Shown here piece after piece: positions 10,276 through 15,780 of a DNA stretch of 64,000 bases. Position numbers and translations under genes: made by a program. The notes under the pieces were generated by a model that searched no databases, was not told the origin of the DNA, and saw only the letters and a list, made by a program, of their open reading frames with translations. The number at the start of each line of letters is the position of its first letter. The first letter of the stretch is position 1. The DNA lies in IMG/VR virus record IMGVR_UViG_3300045521_000059; one strand, 5' to 3'. The DNA is from a virus.

Positions 10276-10350
10276 TGGAACCGAAGGGTGGAGTCGAACC
10301 ACCGTCTCTGGAGCCACAATCCAGCGCTCTAACCATTGAGCTACTACGGC
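10276..10350 (-). tRNA. tRNA-His(GTG), no G-1, G1.U72, U73
   Basis: CTGGA-TTGTGGC-TCCAG; T-arm GGTGG-TTCGACT-CCACC; CCA. Confidence 0.92.
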
Positions 10351-10393
10351 ACGTTTAATGACTAGCTAATCTTTCTAAGGAATAGCCCGAAAC

Positions 10394-10497
10394 TGGTGGC
10401 AGGACAGGCACTTGATCTCAGCGGATGATCAATCCGTAATCTTTGATTAGTACGCCGACTCCGACGAATGTTACCTAGGATACGTCAGGGCCCTGCC
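10394..10497 (-). ncRNA. 104-nt tRNA-like RNA with no canonical anticodon or T arm
   Basis: Acceptor stem GGCAGGG/TCCTGCC plus A-CCA; internal hairpins GACG/CGTC, TAATC/GATTA and CGGAT/ATCCG. Confidence 0.6.
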
Positions 10498-10504
10498 ATT
10501 TAGT

Positions 10505-10581
10505 TGGTCGGAGTAGCAGGCTTCGAACCTGCGACCTATGGTTCCCAAAACCATCGCGCTACCAGGCTGCGCTATACTCCG
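10505..10581 (-). tRNA. tRNA-Pro(TGG)
   Basis: ATGGT-TTTGGGA-ACCAT; C1-G72; CCA. Confidence 0.95.
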
Positions 10582-10593
10582 AATTCTTCGTTC

Positions 10594-10636
10594 ACGGGCC
10601 GAGCAGCGCCACTTAAGGCAGCAGGTCTCGGCCCGT
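10594..10636. other. GC-rich hairpin inside array 1
   Basis: 10-bp stem ACGGGCCGAG/CTCGGCCCGT with an interrupted inner helix. Confidence 0.5.
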
Positions 10637-10647
10637 TAGTTTAAATT

Positions 10648-10737
10648 TGGTGGGGAGTGGACGGATTTTTACCGTAGCCACTAGGGGACAGGTGTACGGC
10701 CTGCCAGGGTTGTCATACCCTTCTTAACGCACTCCCC
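10648..10737 (-). tRNA. atypical tRNA-Tyr(GTA)-like RNA
   Basis: 8-bp acceptor GGGGAGTG/CACTCCCC plus A-CCA; loop CCGTACA (C33); T-loop TAAAAAT; non-canonical D arm. Confidence 0.6.
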
Positions 10738-10745
10738 GTGCGAAA

Positions 10746-10837
10746 TGGTGGGGGACGGCTAGATTTGAACTGCTTGCCGCATAGGGACTCGGGTTACAAC
10801 CGAGTGACAGAACCGCCCATCCTTATTGGCGTCCCCC
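10746..10837 (-). tRNA. atypical tRNA-Tyr(GTA)-like RNA
   Basis: Acceptor GGGGGACG/CGTCCCCC plus A-CCA; CTCGG-TTGTAAC-CCGAG; irregular T stem and D arm. Confidence 0.7.
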
Positions 10838-10842
10838 GAAAA

Positions 10843-11063
10843 TGGTGGAGATGACCGGGTTCGAACCGGCGATTGTCTTCGGACCTGAGCATTACCACAG
10901 GCTACCTCAATGCTTGAGAAACGCGCTTCCCTACTCGGCCCTCTCTGGCTATTTCGGTGCATCCACAACTCGTGTGCTTGAGATATTTCGAAGACCGGGT
11001 TTTACCCCGGTCGCGTTCTACGTTTTTTGCAACTGCCCACACCGAATCCAGGCGAGCATCCCC
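10843..11063 (-). ncRNA. 221-nt one-piece mini-tmRNA-like RNA
   Basis: GGGGATG/CATCTCC with G3.U70, A73 and CCA; tmRNA-type D-loop CTGGATTCG; T-arm GCCGG-TTCGAAC-CCGGT; helix-2-like pairing; no canonical tag ORF. Confidence 0.65.
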
Positions 11064-11079
11064 AATTAGTATTAAAAGA

Positions 11080-11162
11080 TGGTACGGTTAGAGGGACTCG
11101 AACCCCCACGGTTTCCCGCCAGAACCTAAATCTGGTGCGTCTACCAATTTCGCCATAACCGC
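11080..11162 (-). tRNA. tRNA-Leu(TAG)
   Basis: CCAGA-TTTAGGT-TCTGG; CCA. Confidence 0.95.
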
Positions 11163-11172
11163 ATATTTCTCC

Positions 11173-11294
11173 GAAGAGAAAATGTAATCCGATGGTCGGA
11201 ACGGCAGGATTCGAACCTGCGACCCCCTGCTCCCAAGGCAGGTGCGCTACCAGACTGCGCTACACTCCGAAAGATCGGATTACATTTTCTCTTC
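11173..11294. repeat. 21-bp perfect inverted repeat bracketing tRNA-Pro
   Basis: GAAGAGAAAATGTAATCCGAT (11173-11193) is the reverse complement of 11274-11294. Confidence 0.85.
11193..11269 (-). tRNA. tRNA-Pro(TGG), second copy
   Basis: CCTGC-CTTGGGA-GCAGG; CCA. Confidence 0.95.
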
Positions 11295-11347
11295 TCCGTC
11301 TGGGTTGAATATTTAAATACTCTAAACCCAGACGGATACATTCATTT

Positions 11348-11430
11348 TGGTGCGGCAGGAGAGACTCGAACTCTCACGGTTTCCCAATGGATTTTGAATC
11401 CACCGCGTCTACCTATTCCGCCACTGCCAC
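11348..11430 (-). tRNA. tRNA-Leu(CAA)
   Basis: GTGGA-TTCAAAA-TCCAT; CCA. Confidence 0.95.
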
Positions 11431-11437
11431 ATTTAAT

Positions 11438-11521
11438 TGGTGAAGGGTGTTGGATTCGAACCAACGCGGATTTCTCAACGGATTTACAGTCCGTCCCGTT
11501 CGGCCTCTCGGGCAACCCTCC
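11438..11521 (-). tRNA. tRNA-Tyr(GTA)
   Basis: ACGGA-CTGTAAA-TCCGT; canonical cloverleaf; CCA. Confidence 0.95.
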
Positions 11522-11603
11522 AATTCTTCGCAAACTAGCTCACCAAAGAATATCGCGGTGACGGCCACAACATCCAAAGCCAGCTTGCACTGTTCTTGCT
11601 CAC

Positions 11604-11634
11604 AATTTCAAAGATCATTCTGTTATAAACAGAA
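11604..11634 (-). promoter_or_regulatory. boxB/boxA-like antitermination signal
   Basis: Hairpin TTCTGTT-TAT-AACAGAA followed by TGATCTTTGAAATT, similar to rrn boxA. Confidence 0.45.
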
Positions 11635-11661
11635 CCCTCTAACGAGGAAATACAGACGCAC

Positions 11662-11708
11662 AAAAGAAGAAACCCTCGGTAGCTTGTGGCCAGCGAGGGT
11701 TTCTTCTT
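11662..11708 (-). terminator. attenuator terminator upstream of array 1
   Basis: AAGAAGAAACCCTCG...CGAGGGTTTCTTCTTTT. Confidence 0.88.
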
Positions 11709-11727
11709 GGTTGGATTGAAGGATTAC

Positions 11728-11895
11728 TTAATTTGCGTATCCTTCAGTCGCCAATACAGCCCGCTGACCACATCCCAAATACGGGAGTGGTAACAAATGT
11801 GGGAGATGAGGTAGTGCCGACAAGGCACGAGACAGGGCGACGCGAGCAGAAACTGCCGCAACCTTTCCCTGTACTGTATGTGCCGATGTTGTCAT
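11728..11895 (-). CDS. leader peptide 1 (55 aa; Leu/Pro/His/Tyr run)
   Basis: GAGGA RBS; codons 28-40 = LPHLPHLLPLPYL; lies between promoter and terminator. Confidence 0.8.
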   Translation of the reverse strand: MTTSAHTVQGKVAAVSARVALSRALSALPHLPHLLPLPYLGCGQRAVLATEGYAN

Positions 11896-11939
11896 TTCAC
11901 TATCCTCAAATTGGCGACGTGAATTCGTCGTGTTATCCA

Positions 11940-11968
11940 TAAATGCATTAGGTCGAAGAAACTGTCAA
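11940..11968 (-). promoter_or_regulatory. sigma70-type promoter for array 1
   Basis: TTGACA (11968-11963)-N17-CATTTA. Confidence 0.65.
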
Positions 11969-12106
11969 TACGATTTTTCACTTTTTTATTATTATTTTTA
12001 AAAATAAAATCACGTAACAAAAAAGCCTTTCCCTCATTCGGCAATAAAAGTGTTGGTTTCGAGCATATAACGCCACTATCATTAGACAAAATATTGGAGT
12101 TTTTCG

Positions 12107-13042
12107 ATGGCAATAGATTTACCAACAGCCGCCTTCGCTTTTATTACAGCATTGGAAAGTGTATCAGGTGTTCAGATTGCCATTCTCGAACGTCGTGACG
12201 ATCCAGCAGAATTCTGGGCTAGAACCGCCGCAATTTTATGTGAAAAAACAAAACAAAATTGGTGCAGTGAACATGTTCGCTTTATGACGTCTAACACTGA
12301 ATTAATGGGTATGTCGCATATTATCGAATATGATTTCGACGGAAAAGGAACGCGACGCGTATGCGCGCTGCTGCCTCCCATCTCAAATATAGATCCAAAT
12401 TTCATTGCAGATTCTTATGGCTCCCCATTGCCGACTATTTATGACTTGCCGTCGAGCGCCGAAACTGCAAGCTGGCTTCTTCTATATCATGCTGCTCATT
12501 GTCTTGACACTGCATTATCAGATCAGGAAGAGAATAGAGCTGTAGCATTTGCTACTCTTGGACTTTCACTCATGGGCGGTGATTACAAATTCCTGCCAGG
12601 TCGCGTGCGCTCGTCTTCCAGACAAATAGCCTCAATGACAGGAAAGGCATCCGCATATTGGGCCGCTGGCACCGGAGAGCGCATTCTAATGGACCTTTGG
12701 AAAGAAGAAACATCAGACAGACTGAGAAGAGAATATGGATGCTATCCAATCATAAAGCAGAATAGCTCAATCGATATAGAGCGAATACAACGTGATGCAC
12801 GCATACCTGACGGACAGAATTGTTCGATGGGCGCTGGTGGTAATGGTGGCGGACGAACCAATCCTCAAGGTTCGATTACCGATGCCAATCTCTGGTTGTG
12901 GCTCTACGGCCCTCAAAATGGAGGGGACTCGTCTCCTAAGCTCGGTGTCCCTCCTAAGGATTACACAGCCTTCAAAACGTTCTCCAATTTTAATACTGCG
13001 GCGTCCTATGTGCTGGATACCGCAAATAAGTTAGCGCAGTGA
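12107..13042 (+). CDS. hypothetical protein (311 aa)
   Basis: Long ORF with GGAG RBS. Confidence 0.7.
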   Translation: MAIDLPTAAFAFITALESVSGVQIAILERRDDPAEFWARTAAILCEKTKQNWCSEHVRFMTSNTELMGMSHIIEYDFDGKGTRRVCALLPPISNIDPNFIADSYGSPLPTIYDLPSSAETASWLLLYHAAHCLDTALSDQEENRAVAFATLGLSLMGGDYKFLPGRVRSSSRQIASMTGKASAYWAAGTGERILMDLWKEETSDRLRREYGCYPIIKQNSSIDIERIQRDARIPDGQNCSMGAGGNGGGRTNPQGSITDANLWLWLYGPQNGGDSSPKLGVPPKDYTAFKTFSNFNTAASYVLDTANKLAQ

Positions 13043-13366
13043 AGGCTTAGGAGATAGCCGAAGGTCATTGGCGCGCTGTTTAAGGTCATCGTGCCAAGCA
13101 CGCGCCTGCTTATCACCATATGGAGAGTAGCAACCGGACCCCCAGTCAGAATGCACATAAGTGAATTCAAGGTCTTCTTCTAATGCCAAGGCAGCCTGGT
13201 TCATCAAAGACGCATCAGGTCCAGTAAATCTATCTTCTGGATCATCGTGTTCAGGGTCGTAATTTGGTGAAATGTTTGCGTGCTTTTCAATGAAATCTTT
13301 AATTTCGGCAGCAAGTTTAGATCTTCCAGTCGTCATTTTTATAAAACTCTCTTTCTGTGGTCGCAT
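13031..13366 (-). CDS. hypothetical protein (111 aa)
   Basis: ORF; no motif recognised. Confidence 0.55.
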   Translation of the reverse strand: MRPQKESFIKMTTGRSKLAAEIKDFIEKHANISPNYDPEHDDPEDRFTGPDASLMNQAALALEEDLEFTYVHSDWGSGCYSPYGDKQARAWHDDLKQRANDLRLSPKPSLR

Positions 13367-13456
13367 TCGAACTGACCAAATCGAACCAACTAATGCTGAT
13401 TGATTGTTTCATTACTATTCCATATTTTGAAGCATGAAAACTACGAGTTTGAGCTT

Positions 13457-14272
13457 ATGACTAAAAGAACCGAAGAAGACGGCCGTTTATTCCCATCCAT
13501 TAAGTGGGATCACGGATGGTCATTATCGATCCAGGCCGACAAGTACGGATATCAATGTAGCCCAAAACGAAAACTGGATACATTGGAGGATTACGAAACC
13601 GTCGAGGTAAAAATAGACGGGCCGCATGGCACTTACGTTGATCCACACACAATGCAGCTATTACCACATGTATTGGATAAGTTCCCAAAACTTACAAGTG
13701 ACAGCGGACCTTCCATCGGCGGAAATCTCACTTGGGACGATGTTGATGTCGTCAAACAAGCAATCTTGCTGGCCTCCCTCAGCCCGAATGACGGAGTTCC
13801 TTCAGGAGCAATTGGATGGTCGTGTAGGGAAGTTTATCACGGGACATCGAATGAAAATGCGGAAGACATCCTGAATTACGGTATCAAACCATCTATTGGA
13901 ACAGGCTATTTTGGACGCGCATTTTATGTGGCTGACGATGTGGAACTGGCAATCTCAAACTATGCGGAATTTTCAGATGACGAAAATGGTGGAGCCGTTA
14001 TCGTCACCACAATCAAAGAAGGGGCCTTGATACTCGACTTGAGAAATCATAAGGACAATCAAAAATGGATAGAAAGCGGGCTAGTGTCTATCATCGGTAG
14101 AGACGATTTCGATCTGCAGGCCCGAAAGAGAGGAATCGATGGCGTTTATGATCGATCAGTCGGAGGATTAGCCATTTTTAATGCAGCAATTCTAACGAAA
14201 CCACATCTCATAAATAATACTGCATCCAGCGATGTTGAGATCGACGCCAACAGTCCGGAAATAAAAATGTAA
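13457..14272 (+). CDS. two-domain protein with C-terminal PARP-like ADP-ribosyltransferase motif
   Basis: VYHGTS...ILNYGI...GTGYFGRAFYVADD (H-Y ART signature). Confidence 0.6.
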   Translation: MTKRTEEDGRLFPSIKWDHGWSLSIQADKYGYQCSPKRKLDTLEDYETVEVKIDGPHGTYVDPHTMQLLPHVLDKFPKLTSDSGPSIGGNLTWDDVDVVKQAILLASLSPNDGVPSGAIGWSCREVYHGTSNENAEDILNYGIKPSIGTGYFGRAFYVADDVELAISNYAEFSDDENGGAVIVTTIKEGALILDLRNHKDNQKWIESGLVSIIGRDDFDLQARKRGIDGVYDRSVGGLAIFNAAILTKPHLINNTASSDVEIDANSPEIKM

Positions 14273-14290
14273 AAAATATAAAAATACCCG

Positions 14291-14319
14291 TTGACATTGG
14301 TAAATACATACTTCATCTT
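14291..14319 (+). promoter_or_regulatory. sigma70-type promoter for array 2
   Basis: TTGACA-N17-CATCTT. Confidence 0.65.
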
Positions 14320-14343
14320 AAATGAAGATCACGGAGATTAAAA

Positions 14344-14436
14344 ATGTTTATTCAGTCATCCCAACAGCAATCAAGACAATCGAGTTCATCAAGCTCGAAT
14401 GCGTTGATGTGCGCGGTGACTGACCTAAATATCTGA
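14344..14436 (+). CDS. leader peptide 2 (30 aa; Ser/Gln run) MFIQSSQQQSRQSSSSSSNALMCAVTDLNI
   Basis: GGAG RBS; 14 of codons 4-18 are Ser or Gln; not in the ORF track. Confidence 0.82.
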   Translation: MFIQSSQQQSRQSSSSSSNALMCAVTDLNI

Positions 14437-14463
14437 CCTCCATATCAGATCAAAAGGTTTCAG

Positions 14464-14488
14464 AACCCGCCTAAAAGGCGGGTTTTTT
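14464..14488 (+). terminator. attenuator terminator upstream of array 2
   Basis: AACCCGCC-TAAAA-GGCGGGTT-TTTT, ending 6 nt before the first tRNA. Confidence 0.9.
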
Positions 14489-14494
14489 ATGTGT

Positions 14495-14586
14495 GGAAAC
14501 ATGGCTGAGAGGCTTAAAGCAGCGGTTTGCTAAACCGTCAGGGAGGTAAAATGCCCTCGGGAGTTCGAATCTCCCTGTTTCCGCCA
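14495..14586 (+). tRNA. tRNA-Ser(GCT)
   Basis: GCGGT-TTGCTAA-ACCGT; long variable arm; G73-CCA. Confidence 0.95.
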
Positions 14587-14628
14587 CGAATTCGAATTTC
14601 CTATCCGTAGGGAGTTCAAAAATAATAC

Positions 14629-14718
14629 GGAAAGGTGGCCGAGTGGTTGATGGCTCTGGTCTTGAAAACCAGCGTGCGGGAAACCGTACCGTGGGTTCGA
14701 ATCCCACCCTTTCCGCCA
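14629..14718 (+). tRNA. tRNA-Ser(TGA)
   Basis: CTGGT-CTTGAAA-ACCAG; CCA. Confidence 0.95.
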
Positions 14719-14753
14719 ATATATTGAGTTTGTTTATTTATGGGAGATGGGCC

Positions 14754-14957
14754 ATGACAGTACATGAATTAAATGCTCCGGCTGATGTCGTAGAAGCAAC
14801 TGTCATGGCCCTAGTAAAAACCCATAATAACAAGGCTCAGCAAGCAAAAGAACGATCTGCCTTACGCGGATGGTTCGTCGGTCAGACGATGAAGAAGCTT
14901 AACGGTGCAGTAAGTCGTCACGTAGTGCAAGAAGCAGTATTTAAAGCGCTGCAATAA
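14754..14957 (+). CDS. stand-alone GatB C-terminal/YqeY-like domain (67 aa)
   Basis: LRGWFVGQTMKKLNG matches the GatB tail motif GFFVGQVMK; GGGAG RBS. Confidence 0.65.
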   Translation: MTVHELNAPADVVEATVMALVKTHNNKAQQAKERSALRGWFVGQTMKKLNGAVSRHVVQEAVFKALQ

Positions 14958-14992
14958 TTATAGGAGATAATGGCTATAATAGCCAAATAATT

Positions 14993-15082
14993 GGAAAGAT
15001 GGCAGAGCCAGGTTGAATGCACTCGCCTCGAAAGCGAGCAAGCCGAAAGGCTTCGAGAGTTCAAATCTCTCTCTTTCCGCCA
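14993..15082 (+). tRNA. tRNA-Ser(CGA)
   Basis: CTCGC-CTCGAAA-GCGAG; CCA. Confidence 0.95.
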
Positions 15083-15088
15083 GAATAC

Positions 15089-15162
15089 TGGGGATTAGTT
15101 TAAAGGTAGAACAGCGGACTCTGAATCCGTTAGTCTTGGTTCGAATCCAGGATGCCCAGCCA
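15089..15162 (+). tRNA. tRNA-Gln(CTG)
   Basis: GCGGA-CTCTGAA-TCCGT; U1-A72; CCA. Confidence 0.93.
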
Positions 15163-15179
15163 GAATTTAAAAAATATAC

Positions 15180-15254
15180 TGGGACGTCGCCAAGCGGTAA
15201 GGCATCGGTTTTTGGTACCGACATTCGGAGGTTCGAATCCTCCCGTCCCAGCCA
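15180..15254 (+). tRNA. tRNA-Gln(TTG)
   Basis: TCGGT-TTTTGGT-ACCGA; CCA. Confidence 0.95.
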
Positions 15255-15280
15255 TGTTTTAAAAAAAATGCAATGAATAC

Positions 15281-15368
15281 GGAACCGTGGCAGAGTGGTC
15301 TAATGCACTCGCTTGGAAAGCGAGCAGGCCGAAAGGTCTCAGAAGTTCGAATCTTCTCGGTTCCGCCA
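15281..15368 (+). tRNA. tRNA-Ser(GGA)
   Basis: CTCGC-TTGGAAA-GCGAG; CCA. Confidence 0.95.
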
Positions 15369-15393
15369 GAAATAAACATAGAGGACCAACCAA

Positions 15394-15633
15394 ATGAGCA
15401 ATATGCCAATCAATATCAAAGAACACATTACTGCAGGCCCGTGCAAATTAGTTTGCGCGCGAGCAGATAATCTTTGGTATAAAACTGCTCTTGGCTTTGA
15501 ATTCCCTGTGCCGTTTTCTGATATGGGCGACGCCACGTTTGAGGCAGAAGAAAAAGGCATGATGCTTATGCGCTATATTAGAAAACACAACGAATTAATC
15601 ACAGCTGCGCGACAACAACAAAACGTCGCATAA
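15394..15633 (+). CDS. small phage-type hypothetical protein inside array 2, ending QQQNVA
   Basis: GAGGA RBS; LWYKT..GFEFPVP.SD.GDATF...MRYIRKH pattern recalled from phage proteins. Confidence 0.7.
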   Translation: MSNMPINIKEHITAGPCKLVCARADNLWYKTALGFEFPVPFSDMGDATFEAEEKGMMLMRYIRKHNELITAARQQQNVA

Positions 15634-15636
15634 GCA

Positions 15637-15660
15637 GTTGTCTAATCACCATTAGACGAC
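15637..15660 (+). other. hairpin whose 3' arm is complementary to the D arm of the next tRNA
   Basis: GTTGTCTAAT-CACC-ATTAGACGAC; 15649-15660 is the exact reverse complement of 15675-15686. Confidence 0.7.
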
Positions 15661-15668
15661 TAAAACCT

Positions 15669-15743
15669 TGCCGGGTCGTCTAATGGTAGGACATGAGCCT
15701 TTGAAGTTACATAATGCGCGTTCGAGTCGCGCCCCGGCATCCA
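15669..15743 (+). tRNA. tRNA-Gln(TTG)-like, bulged anticodon stem, U73
   Basis: TGCCGGG/CCCGGCA; loop CTTTGAA; T-arm GCGCG-TTCGAGT-CGCGC; CCA. Confidence 0.8.
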
Positions 15744-15780
15744 CTTTCAGGTTTAGAGTTTCGAAATCCGATCATCACTG

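Noticed and set aside
10594-10636. Resemblance of the hairpin to SRP helix 8 (CAG..GCC-loop-GGC-AGCAG)
   Set aside because: The match is on the strand opposite array transcription, there is no GNRA tetraloop, and CAGG is CAGC.
10843-11063. tRNA-Ala containing a group I intron
   Set aside because: The insert is only about 140-150 nt, no P4/P7 consensus was seen, and the D region is tmRNA-like.
9869-11719. ORF-track ORFs overlapping array 1, and similar ones over arrays 2 and 3 (e.g. 14471-14719, 14958-15470)
   Set aside because: They are shadows of tRNA sequence and not plausible proteins.
11896-11940. 15-codon N-terminal extension of leader 1 given by the track (start 11940)
   Set aside because: That ATG overlaps the predicted -10 element, while the ATG at 11895 has a GAGGA RBS.
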